Shown in pieces: positions 17,822 through 26,267 of a stretch of DNA of 64,000 bases. The DNA comes from an uncultured candidatus Brocadiaceae bacterium (GTDB lineage: Bacteria > Planctomycetota > UBA1135 > UBA2386): positions 51,506 through 115,505 of the forward strand of contig CAZIFB010000009.1 in NCBI GenBank assembly GCA_964538915.1, in the 5' to 3' direction. Under the pieces are notes generated by a model. It saw only the letters and a program-made list of their open reading frames with translations. It had not been told where the DNA came from and ran no database searches. How positions within the stretch are numbered: the first letter of the stretch is position 1; each line of letters starts with the position of its first letter. Both the position numbers and the translations under genes were made by a program.

Positions 17822-18249
17822 TGCGTGGCCGACTCGTCTTTCCACCGAATCAGGGCGTGCTGAAGGCGTTGCGCGCCAAGGTTCGTGCGGCTGCTTCGTC
17901 CCTCGGCGCGACCCCCGAAGTGTGTGACAGCCTCGCGCTCGTCGTGGACGAGCTGGTCAACAACGCGGTCGAACACGGGGTGAGCTACCGGCGGAAGGCG
18001 CTCGATCTGGCGATCGAGCTCGGGTCGTCCGGAGATCGCATCTCGATCGAGTTCTTCGATCAGGAGATGCCGACAGCCGACGTGCACGAACTCGCGCGCG
18101 CCTTGTCCGCGGCCGCATCCGGCATGCCATCTCTCGAGAGCGAGCGTGGCCGTGGGCTGTTCCTGATGTCCGTGTACCTCGAGGGCCTTCGCGCAGAAGT
18201 CGCTCAGGTCGGCGGTCTCCGGCTCGTTGGAATGGTCGCGAAGCGATGA
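17821..18249 (+). CDS. RsbW-like anti-sigma factor / HATPase_c_2 ATP-binding protein
   Basis: LALVVDELVNNAVEHG (N box) and ERGRGLFLM (G2 box); ATG overlaps the nadC TGA. Confidence 0.85.
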   Translation: MRGRLVFPPNQGVLKALRAKVRAAASSLGATPEVCDSLALVVDELVNNAVEHGVSYRRKALDLAIELGSSGDRISIEFFDQEMPTADVHELARALSAAASGMPSLESERGRGLFLMSVYLEGLRAEVAQVGGLRLVGMVAKR

Positions 18250-18793
18250 CGGAGTTCGGCGATTGGCGGAACGCGTGACCGATGCCACCGGCGATCGACG
18301 CGGGCTTGTCGGTCACACGAGAAGGGTCGTCTCTGCCTGGATCGGTCTGCCGCTCGCGGTTCGCGCCGTTGCGCCGGTGCTCGTGATGGGACTGCTATGG
18401 TGGAGTTCGTCGCGTGAGATTGCGCCGCAGGCGCCGTCTGATGTGCGGGCCTTCCTGCACAACGGGATGCACGTGGTCGCGTACGCGGCGCTGTGTGCGG
18501 CGTGGCTGACCTCGCTGCGACGCGGGCCAGGACCCGCGACACCGACCCGCTGCAACGTCGTCGGCGTGCTCTTGTCGGTCGCCTACGGCATCGTCGACGA
18601 GTGGCACCAGTCGTCCGTCCCTGGGCGCGTGTCTTCCGTCTCGGACGTGATCTCCGATTCCTGCGGGGCGCTGCTGGCAGTCGTTCTCCTGGATGCGGTT
18701 CTCGGGGTTGGTGCGGTGAAGCGGGGCGTACTCGCGGGGTGTCTGGTCCTGTGCATTGCCAGCGTCGCGTTCGCCACGTGGGGCCCTTGGTGA
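18227..18793 (+). CDS. VanZ-like membrane protein
   Basis: MHVVAYAAL, AYGIVDEWHQSSVPGRVSSVSDVISD; true start probably GTG 18275. Confidence 0.8.
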   Translation: MEWSRSDDGVRRLAERVTDATGDRRGLVGHTRRVVSAWIGLPLAVRAVAPVLVMGLLWWSSSREIAPQAPSDVRAFLHNGMHVVAYAALCAAWLTSLRRGPGPATPTRCNVVGVLLSVAYGIVDEWHQSSVPGRVSSVSDVISDSCGALLAVVLLDAVLGVGAVKRGVLAGCLVLCIASVAFATWGPW

Positions 18794-18906
18794 GGCGTTT
18801 TGGGTGAGACGGACGGGCGTATCGCCCGAGAAGGAATGGCTCACCGCGAGCCAGCTTCTTGCCACGCAGCACGCGTCGAGATCGTTCTGCGCTGGAACCT
18901 CTTGTC

Positions 18907-19278
18907 ATGAAGCGATTCCCGCTCCTCTGCGTGGTGGCCCTCCTCGGGGCCGCCGTCTCTGCTCCGGCCCAGGTCGTTGTCGAGGGCAAGATCGGCCGGA
19001 ACCTTCGCGCTTCGGTCGCCATCGGCTCGCACGGCGCTCACCACTGCGAACCCGTGCGTCGGGTGGCGCCGCCTCCCCGCGGTCACTGGGAGACCGTGTA
19101 CGAGGAAGTGCTCGTCCCCGGGTACTGGCGCGAAGATCGGATCCCGCCGACCTACGGTTGGGTCTACGATCGCTGCGGTCACCGTCGCTGGGCGATGGTC
19201 GACAAGGGCGGCTGCCACCGCGTGTGGGTGCCGGCTCGCTACGAGACCCGTTCCCGCCGAGTCTGGGTCAGCTGCTGA
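18907..19278 (+). CDS. Small secreted protein with W/G/Y-rich (WXXGXW-like) repeats
   Basis: Signal ending APAQ; RGHWE, VPGYWR, TYGWVY, RVWVPARY. Confidence 0.6.
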   Translation: MKRFPLLCVVALLGAAVSAPAQVVVEGKIGRNLRASVAIGSHGAHHCEPVRRVAPPPRGHWETVYEEVLVPGYWREDRIPPTYGWVYDRCGHRRWAMVDKGGCHRVWVPARYETRSRRVWVSC

Positions 19279-19322
19279 CCCTGTCGTGGCGCGCCGCGCC
19301 GCCGCCTGCTAGACAGGCGAGC

Positions 19323-20759
19323 ATGACGGAACGCGGCGACCGCTTCGACCACCCGCTCATCGAGCGCTACGCGAGTGTCGAGATGAGCCGGTTGTTCTCG
19401 CCGCGTGTCCGTCACACGACCTGGCGAGACCTCTGGATCGCGCTTGCGCAGGCACAGCACGAACTCGGCTTCCCTGTCGCGCCGGACCAGATCGCCGAAC
19501 TGCGCTCGAAGCGGGACGAGTTCGATTGGTCGCGAGTCGCGGAACTCGAGAAGGAGTTGCGCCACGACGTGATGGCGCACGTCCATCACTATGGGGACCT
19601 CTGCCCGCGTGCCCGCCCGATCATCCATCTCGGGGCCACGAGTTGTTTCGTCACGGACAACGCGGACCTGATCGTCTACCGCAACGCGCTTCGACTGGTC
19701 GAGCACCGGCTCGCAGCCGTCCTGCGTGCTTTCGCCGCGTTCGCCGAGCGATGGCGATCGCAGCCATGTCTCGGCTACACGCACTTCCAGGTCGCGCAAC
19801 CGGTGACCGTGGGCAAGCGCGCGTGTCTCTGGGCCCAGGACTTCCTGCTCGACCTGGACGAAGTGCGTCGCGTCGCCGAGTGGTTGCCCTTTCGCGGCGT
19901 GAAGGGAACGACCGGCACGCAGGCGACCTTCTTGCTGCTGGCGGGTGGAGATCACGCCAAGGTCGACGAACTCGATCGTCGCGTCACGGCAGCACTCGGA
20001 TTCAAAGGGTCGATCCCGATCAGCGGCCAGACCTACACCCGCAAGATCGACTGGACGATCCACCAGGCCCTCTCTGCCGTCGCGCAGTCGGCGTCCAAGT
20101 TCGCCACCGACATGCGCCTTCTCTCGCACGAGGGCGAAGTCGAAGAGCCGAGCGAGTCGAAGCAGATCGGCAGCTCGGCGATGGCGTACAAGAAGAATCC
20201 GATGCGCTGCGAGCGGGTCTGCTCGCTGGCCCGCTACGTCGTCGAAGTGGCGAACACGAGTGCGCACACGGCTGCCACGCAGTGGCTCGAGCGCACCCTG
20301 GACGACTCGGCGATCCGCCGCATCGCGCTGCCCGAGTCCTTCCTCGCCATCGACGGCATCCTCACGCTCGTCGAGAACGTCGCGAAGGGGCTGGTCGTCT
20401 ATCCGAAGGTGATCGAGCGCAAGCTGCGAGAGAACCTGCCGTTCCTCGCGACCGAGGAGATCCTGATGGCGGGCGTCGCCGCCGGCGGCGATCGCCAGGA
20501 CCTGCACGAACGCATCCGTGTGCACAGTCGGGCCGCGGCGCACGCGGTGAAGGCCGAAGGTCGTGACAATCCCCTGCTGGCGCTCGTCGCCGCGGATCCA
20601 GCCTTCGCGGCGATCCGCGACACGCTGCCGAGGTTGCTCGACCCGGCGCGCTTCGTCGGCCGCGCGGCCGAACAGGTCGACACCTTCCTGCGCGACGAGT
20701 TGGCGCCGCGCGTATCGCGAACGGAGGGAGAGTCGCTGTCGTCCGAGATCCGCGTGTGA
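19323..20759 (+). CDS. purB: Adenylosuccinate lyase
   Basis: RHDVMAHVH, IHLGATS, LGYTHFQVAQPVTVGKR, GVKGTTGTQA, GSSAMAYKKNPMRCE. Confidence 0.96.
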   Translation: MTERGDRFDHPLIERYASVEMSRLFSPRVRHTTWRDLWIALAQAQHELGFPVAPDQIAELRSKRDEFDWSRVAELEKELRHDVMAHVHHYGDLCPRARPIIHLGATSCFVTDNADLIVYRNALRLVEHRLAAVLRAFAAFAERWRSQPCLGYTHFQVAQPVTVGKRACLWAQDFLLDLDEVRRVAEWLPFRGVKGTTGTQATFLLLAGGDHAKVDELDRRVTAALGFKGSIPISGQTYTRKIDWTIHQALSAVAQSASKFATDMRLLSHEGEVEEPSESKQIGSSAMAYKKNPMRCERVCSLARYVVEVANTSAHTAATQWLERTLDDSAIRRIALPESFLAIDGILTLVENVAKGLVVYPKVIERKLRENLPFLATEEILMAGVAAGGDRQDLHERIRVHSRAAAHAVKAEGRDNPLLALVAADPAFAAIRDTLPRLLDPARFVGRAAEQVDTFLRDELAPRVSRTEGESLSSEIRV

Positions 20760-20883
20760 GCTGCGACCGCGTTCCTGCGGCGCGTCGTTCTTGCTGCGGC
20801 GCAGGCCGTTTCGCATAGTTCCGCGACGCGCGCCGTCGGCAAGAAATACTGGGCCGATCGCCGCGCACCTGCACGATCTACAC

Positions 20884-22005
20884 ATGCGAACGATTCGAAT
20901 CGCGGCGCTCTGTCTCTCTTCGGCCTTGCTGCTGTCCGTCCCTTGCCGCGCGCAGGGGCCCGCACCGATGACGGAAGAGAACGTCATCTCCGGCACGATG
21001 GACATCGAGTTCGAGACCCGCTCGAAGCTCGACACCACGGGCGACCTCAAGAAGGGCTCTCCGGCGATCGGCGCGAAGGACACCTACAAGTTCGCGCTCC
21101 AGGTCGGCAAGACCACGGAGTTCGCGGGGTCGATCACGCGCATGCCGAAGCTGTTCAGCAGCGTGCTCGGCCGCACGAAGCAGGATGCGTCGCTCTACTA
21201 CTCCGTCGACCTCGCGGTCTTCAACCCGGCCGACCTGAAGCAGAAGAAGGTCGTCGGCAAGTGGGTGGGGACCGTGCCGATGGATCCGGAGACCGGCGCG
21301 TTCGACCTCTCCGGCGGCAAGGCCAAGGAGAGCGCGCTTCGGGTGAAGGTCGACACCATGGGCAAGGCGTCGGCGTTCGAGGATGCCTTCGCCGGGAGGC
21401 TGGTCGGCAAGGCCGAGAAGAAGGAAGGGCTCGCCAGCTCGATCTACGAGCGCGTGGTGGGCGGCCGCACGGTGAAGGTCACCGTGAAGAAGAGCGACCC
21501 GATGCGCTTCGAGAACATCGCCCTCGCGATGGGACCTGCGCCGAGCTACCCGAAGACCGTCGTCGTCGGTCGCCTCGACTACGACTACGAAACGGGCAAC
21601 TACTTCAGCGACGGCATCACGTTCCGCTACGCCCTCGACGGCAAGGACTACGAGGACATCGTCACTGGATCGATCAAGTGGGTGAAGGAGAAGGACTACG
21701 AGACGAGCGGCAAGAGCTACTACGAGTTCAACCTCCGCTTCAACGAGGCGAAGAACAAGACCGCCACGAACGAAGCTGCGGCGTTCGAGAAGATGAGCGA
21801 GGAGGACGCGTTCTTCGCCGTCGACAACAGCATCCCGGCGCTGACGGGGCGCATCTCCTACGTCGACGTGAAGTCGGGTGAGGATTCGCCGCCGACGTCG
21901 AGCAAGGTCACCTACGCGCTCAACGCGAACAAGCTGACCAAGCAGCAGATCATGAACTTCTTCAAGCTCTGGCTGCTCGCGGTCGGTCCCACGAACGACG
22001 AGTGA
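20884..22005 (+). CDS. Secreted beta-rich hypothetical protein
   Basis: Signal ending CRAQ; very strong GC3 bias, Lys/Thr-rich; no motif recognised. Confidence 0.7.
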   Translation: MRTIRIAALCLSSALLLSVPCRAQGPAPMTEENVISGTMDIEFETRSKLDTTGDLKKGSPAIGAKDTYKFALQVGKTTEFAGSITRMPKLFSSVLGRTKQDASLYYSVDLAVFNPADLKQKKVVGKWVGTVPMDPETGAFDLSGGKAKESALRVKVDTMGKASAFEDAFAGRLVGKAEKKEGLASSIYERVVGGRTVKVTVKKSDPMRFENIALAMGPAPSYPKTVVVGRLDYDYETGNYFSDGITFRYALDGKDYEDIVTGSIKWVKEKDYETSGKSYYEFNLRFNEAKNKTATNEAAAFEKMSEEDAFFAVDNSIPALTGRISYVDVKSGEDSPPTSSKVTYALNANKLTKQQIMNFFKLWLLAVGPTNDE

Positions 22006-22020
22006 CGTAGCCAACGCCTG

Positions 22021-22128
22021 TCCGTCCTCGGTCGCCAACTCGCCTCGCGCCTTCGCCAACGCCAATGACCCGCTCCTTCTACCGTCGTCTCGCTCGCTCC
22101 GTCCTCGGTCGCCAACTCGCCTCGCGCC
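22021..22128 (+). repeat. 31-bp exact direct repeat (22021-22051 and 22098-22128)
   Basis: tccgtcctcggtcgccaactcgcctcgcgcc is read twice, 77 bp apart; one copy is intergenic, one lies in the next CDS. Confidence 0.9.
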
Positions 22129-23543
22129 GCGACTTCCTCGCCGGAAGCGCGGTTGCAGCGGGTTCTCTGCTGATGTCCCGTTCGGGGAGCCTGCTCGGCG
22201 GGCGCGTCGGCAAGCGGGTGGTGGTGGTTGGCGGCGGCTTCTCCGGGCTTGCGTGCGCGTACGAGCTGAAGGCCGCGGGCTACGACGTGACGTTGCTGGA
22301 GGCGACGAACCGCGTCGGTGGCCGCGTTCGCTCTTCGACGGAGTTCGTCGAGGGGCGCGTGATCGAGGTCGGCGCGGAGCTGATCGGATCGAACCATCCG
22401 ACGTGGATGGCCTTCAAGGACACGTTCCAGCTCGAGATGCTGGACCTGTCCGAGAACGAGGAGTGGGAGCAGCCGGTGATCCTCGACGGCAAACGGCTCT
22501 CGCGCGAAGAGGCCAAGGCCTTGTTGGAGGAGATGGACGAAGTGTTCGTGAAGGCGATCGACCCGCTCGCCGAGAAGGTCGACGCGGACGAGCCCTGGAA
22601 GACTCCCGACGCCAAGACCCTCGACGCGAAGAACACCGGCGCCTGGATCGCGGAGCTGCAGTGTTCCGACGCGTGCAAGAAGGCGCTCGCCGTGGAGTTC
22701 CAGTCGAACAACGGCCAGCACGTCGCGAAGCAGAGCTTCCTCGGGAACCTCACGCAGGTGAGGGGCCACGGCAACGCCCAGAGCTATCGCGACGAGAGTG
22801 AGGTGTACCGTTGCAAGGGCGGCAACCAATCGCTGGCGAAGAAGCTCGCCGAGTCCCTGGGCAAGGTGGTCACGCTCGAACTTCCCGTCCGCTCGATCGA
22901 GTGGGCCGGCAACCACGTGATCGTGACCTGCAACGACGGCCGCACGCTCGAGTGCGACGACGTCGTGGTGACGGTGCCGCCTTCGGTGTGGTCGAAGATC
23001 GAGTTCAAGCCCGGTCTGCCCGCGGCTCTGACGCCGCAGATGGGCTTCAACACCAAGTGGTTCGTGCACCTGAAGTCCCGCTTCTGGCAGAAGGCCAACC
23101 AGGAGCAGTACGCGATGAGCGACGGCATCTTCAACATGACGTGGGAGGGCACCGACGCGCAGCCCGGCGACGAGAACGTCGTGTTCGTCGCGTTCAACGG
23201 TGGTCCCTCCGCGGAGCGCGCGCGCTCGCTACGCGGGGACGCGCAAGCCGACGCGTACTTCGCCGACCTGGAAACCCTGTACCCCGGCTTCAAGGAGCAG
23301 GTCGTCGGCAAGCCGTTCTTCATGGACTGGCCGAACGAGCCTTGGACCAAGGCGAGCTACTCGTTCCCCGCCCCCGGCCAGATCACGGCGCAGGGACAGA
23401 TCCTGCGCGACGGTCTGCAGGGGCGTCTGCACTTCGCCGGCGAGCACACGTGCTACCGCTTCGTCGGCTACATGGAAGGCGCGCTCTACTCCGGTTCGCA
23501 GCTCGCGAAGCGGCTCGCGAAGCGCGACGGCATCGTTCGCTGA
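22065..23543 (+). CDS. Flavin monoamine oxidase family FAD-dependent oxidoreductase with Tat signal
   Basis: SRRDFLAG twin-arginine; VVGGGFSGLACA, LEATNRVGGR, EVGAELI, LHFAGEHT, GYMEGALYSG. Confidence 0.88.
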   Translation: MTRSFYRRLARSVLGRQLASRRDFLAGSAVAAGSLLMSRSGSLLGGRVGKRVVVVGGGFSGLACAYELKAAGYDVTLLEATNRVGGRVRSSTEFVEGRVIEVGAELIGSNHPTWMAFKDTFQLEMLDLSENEEWEQPVILDGKRLSREEAKALLEEMDEVFVKAIDPLAEKVDADEPWKTPDAKTLDAKNTGAWIAELQCSDACKKALAVEFQSNNGQHVAKQSFLGNLTQVRGHGNAQSYRDESEVYRCKGGNQSLAKKLAESLGKVVTLELPVRSIEWAGNHVIVTCNDGRTLECDDVVVTVPPSVWSKIEFKPGLPAALTPQMGFNTKWFVHLKSRFWQKANQEQYAMSDGIFNMTWEGTDAQPGDENVVFVAFNGGPSAERARSLRGDAQADAYFADLETLYPGFKEQVVGKPFFMDWPNEPWTKASYSFPAPGQITAQGQILRDGLQGRLHFAGEHTCYRFVGYMEGALYSGSQLAKRLAKRDGIVR

Positions 23544-23551
23544 GTTCGCCG

Positions 23552-25549
23552 TCAGTCGACGAACTCGAGGCTGTCGACGAACACCGAGCCGGCGGTGTGG
23601 CCGGGTCGGTCGAACCAGAAGTAGATCCACCGCACGTCGGTGAGGTCGGCTCCGGCGAAGGCCGACAGGGGCAGTCGGATCGTCGTCATCGCGCTCTTCG
23701 TGAAGTCGCCCGCTGCATAGGGGTAGGGCCAGGTGACGAACACGTCGGGCGACGGGATCCGGCCGAAGTCGCTCACGGCCACCGATGACGACCATCCGTT
23801 GCCCGTGTAGAGCGACACGCGGAAGTCCTGGTCCTGGCCGGCGACGTTCCAGGCGTCGAGGTAGTCCTGCGCGACGCGCAGACTGAGGTTCGAGAAGCTG
23901 GTGACGTCGCGCGCCGGGCCGACGAACGGCACGTTGGCGACCGGGATGTTCCACCCGACGTACGACGAGGATCCGGACCACTTGATGCGGATGCCGCCGG
24001 TGTCGTGCGGCGCCGACGGGTCGAGTTCCCACAGGTTGTCCTCGGCGATCTGCGCGATTCCGGACCCGGTGACCACCGAGCCGCCGCGGCTGTTCGAGTC
24101 CCACGTGCCGTTCTCGCAGTCGTCGACGACCCGACGAGGGTGGTCGGCGAACTGCTCGAACACGTCGATGTCGGCGACTCGGACCTTGGTCGGCTCGGCG
24201 CGGCCGTCGAAGTACGCACGGTACGCACTCTCGTTGCGGACGTGCCAGCGCAGGAACGCAGTGGCGTAGCCCTTCGCGACGTCCTTGTGCCGTGCGCAGC
24301 CGATCGAGCCGCCGTCGAGCACGGTGCAGCCGTCGAGGAAGCCGCGGTGCGTGGCGCCGTGGACGAACACCATGCTCTTCGTCAGATTGGCCGCAGGCAG
24401 GAGCAGGCCCTCCACCGACGCTTCGGTGCCGGCGCGGTCGTAGATCGCGAAGGCGCTGCGCTCGGGCTCGGTCAGCGGATCCTCGAGGCGCACGCCGCGC
24501 ACGTCGGGGTCGCGCGAACCGTAGATCGCCAGGAGCGATCGCGACATCGTGCCGTCGAGCTGCTCTTTCGTGTCCGTGCCCGTGCTGCCGCCGTCGGTCG
24601 GCGCGATCGACAGCACACACTTCACGTCGTACGGAATGTGAGCGAGGGCAGGTTGCTCGGCGAGAAGTCGCGCGGCGGTGACCGCGGCTTCGCCGCCGCG
24701 GCTGTGGCCCGCGAACACCACGTCGTTCGTCAGTCGGTTGGCGTAGCCCCAGTACGCGTGCAGGCCGTTCAGGTAGCTGATCGCTTCGCGGGCGCGCCCC
24801 TCGTTGCTGCCACCCATGTGCGCGCCGTTCGCGATGCTCGCGACCACGAAACCGTTGCGCGCGACGTGCGCGAGGATCTCGTCGTGGTCGTCGATGTCCA
24901 TGCCGTTGCCGTGCAGGAAGATCACGACGGGCAGGCCGATCGGCGGGCCGTCGCTCTGTTGGCACGTCGCCGACGGCCACCACACCTTGCCCTGGATGTT
25001 CGGCACGCCGTCGCCGCCGTAGTTCCACCAGAGGTTGCTCCAGTACGCACACGGATAGACCACGGCCGCAGCCGGGTCGGGCGTGGGGGACTGGCCCGGG
25101 AACTCGAGTTCGAGCCCGGGGCTCGTCGTCAGCGACAACGCCGCGTCGAAGGTGATGCCTTGGGCTCGCACCGTGCCGACGTAGTCGCTCGGCATGGTGA
25201 GGCTGAACGCCGCGTGTCCGCCGCCGTCCGAGGGCGCGAACCACAGGATCAGCGGTTCGGCGAGCAGGGTGCAGCCGACGCCGCCGAGCGGCACTGCGAC
25301 TTCCTGGAAGCCGAGTACCAGCAGCGCCGGCGCGAGTGGCGCGACCGTCACGTCGAACGCGACCGAGTGGCTGTCGTCGCCGAGGATGGTGTCGACAGCA
25401 GTGGCACCGACGCCGCAGCCCTGGCCGTATGGCGTGACCACGGCCGGGTCGGTGTACTGCGCGAGCAGCGGGGCCTGCAGGGCGCTGGCGGCCGCCACCG
25501 CGAGGAGTGCGGCTGTCCGCGGGGAACGGAACGGGATGGGTTGGTTCAT
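23552..25549 (-). CDS. Secreted alpha/beta-hydrolase (chlorophyllase/PAF-AH-like) with N-terminal accessory module
   Basis: Signal ending LLAQ; VIFLHGNG, GHSRGG nucleophile elbow, GSRDPDV, VHGATHRGF. Confidence 0.8.
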   Translation of the reverse strand: MNQPIPFRSPRTAALLAVAAASALQAPLLAQYTDPAVVTPYGQGCGVGATAVDTILGDDSHSVAFDVTVAPLAPALLVLGFQEVAVPLGGVGCTLLAEPLILWFAPSDGGGHAAFSLTMPSDYVGTVRAQGITFDAALSLTTSPGLELEFPGQSPTPDPAAAVVYPCAYWSNLWWNYGGDGVPNIQGKVWWPSATCQQSDGPPIGLPVVIFLHGNGMDIDDHDEILAHVARNGFVVASIANGAHMGGSNEGRAREAISYLNGLHAYWGYANRLTNDVVFAGHSRGGEAAVTAARLLAEQPALAHIPYDVKCVLSIAPTDGGSTGTDTKEQLDGTMSRSLLAIYGSRDPDVRGVRLEDPLTEPERSAFAIYDRAGTEASVEGLLLPAANLTKSMVFVHGATHRGFLDGCTVLDGGSIGCARHKDVAKGYATAFLRWHVRNESAYRAYFDGRAEPTKVRVADIDVFEQFADHPRRVVDDCENGTWDSNSRGGSVVTGSGIAQIAEDNLWELDPSAPHDTGGIRIKWSGSSSYVGWNIPVANVPFVGPARDVTSFSNLSLRVAQDYLDAWNVAGQDQDFRVSLYTGNGWSSSVAVSDFGRIPSPDVFVTWPYPYAAGDFTKSAMTTIRLPLSAFAGADLTDVRWIYFWFDRPGHTAGSVFVDSLEFVD

Positions 25550-25625
25550 GTCACGGGTCTCCGAGGACCCGTGCAGCGGGGCGCGCGCGGCGGAGCGGGT
25601 ACCGAATCCCGCGATTCGCGGTCCG

Positions 25626-26267
25626 TCAGTCCGCCGCGGTCCTGCCGAAGCCGCGCATGCGCAGTTTCACGAGCAGCTTCGCCTGGGCGTCGTGGAACGC
25701 CTGCCGCGCGGTCTCGGCCGAGGAGTAGCCGAGCGCCTCGCCGATCGCCGCGAACGGCGTGTCTTCCACCAGGCGCAGTTCCAGCAGTCGGCGCTGGCGC
25801 TCCGGCAGTTCTCCCAGCGCGTCGCGAACGAGCCCGGCGCGTTCGCCGAGCGAGGCCGCGAGCGTCGGCGTGGCCTCGCGCCGGTCGGCTGCGACGCCCG
25901 CGATCCCTGCCGTCGGCTCCGCGACCTGACGGCGACCGTCGCGGCGCGCCGCTTCGTGGAATCGCACGGCGTCGAGGAGCCGGTGCCGGACGAGGGTTCC
26001 GAGGTAGGCGCAGAACGGTCCGGGGCCTTCGAACTGCGTGTCGGCCAGGTCCTGGACGACCGCGGTGAGCACTTCGTGGACGACGTCCTGGGTGCTGAAC
26101 AGCGGCAGCATCCAGCGGTGACGCTGGCGGAAGTCCTGTTGCAGCGAGGCGTGGACGAGCGAGCGAACGCCCGGGAGGCACGCCTCGACGATCCGTTCGC
26201 GGGCGTCGCGATCGCCGGACACCGCGGCGACGATCGCCGGCCGCAGTCGTTCCCAGTCGATGTTCAC
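25626..26267 (-). CDS. ECF RNA polymerase sigma factor
   Basis: Region 2 (STQDVVHEV, YLGTLVRHRLLDAVR) and region 4 (LPERQRRLLELR...FAAIGEALG); GTG overlaps the upstream TGA. Confidence 0.88.
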   Translation of the reverse strand: MNIDWERLRPAIVAAVSGDRDARERIVEACLPGVRSLVHASLQQDFRQRHRWMLPLFSTQDVVHEVLTAVVQDLADTQFEGPGPFCAYLGTLVRHRLLDAVRFHEAARRDGRRQVAEPTAGIAGVAADRREATPTLAASLGERAGLVRDALGELPERQRRLLELRLVEDTPFAAIGEALGYSSAETARQAFHDAQAKLLVKLRMRGFGRTAAD

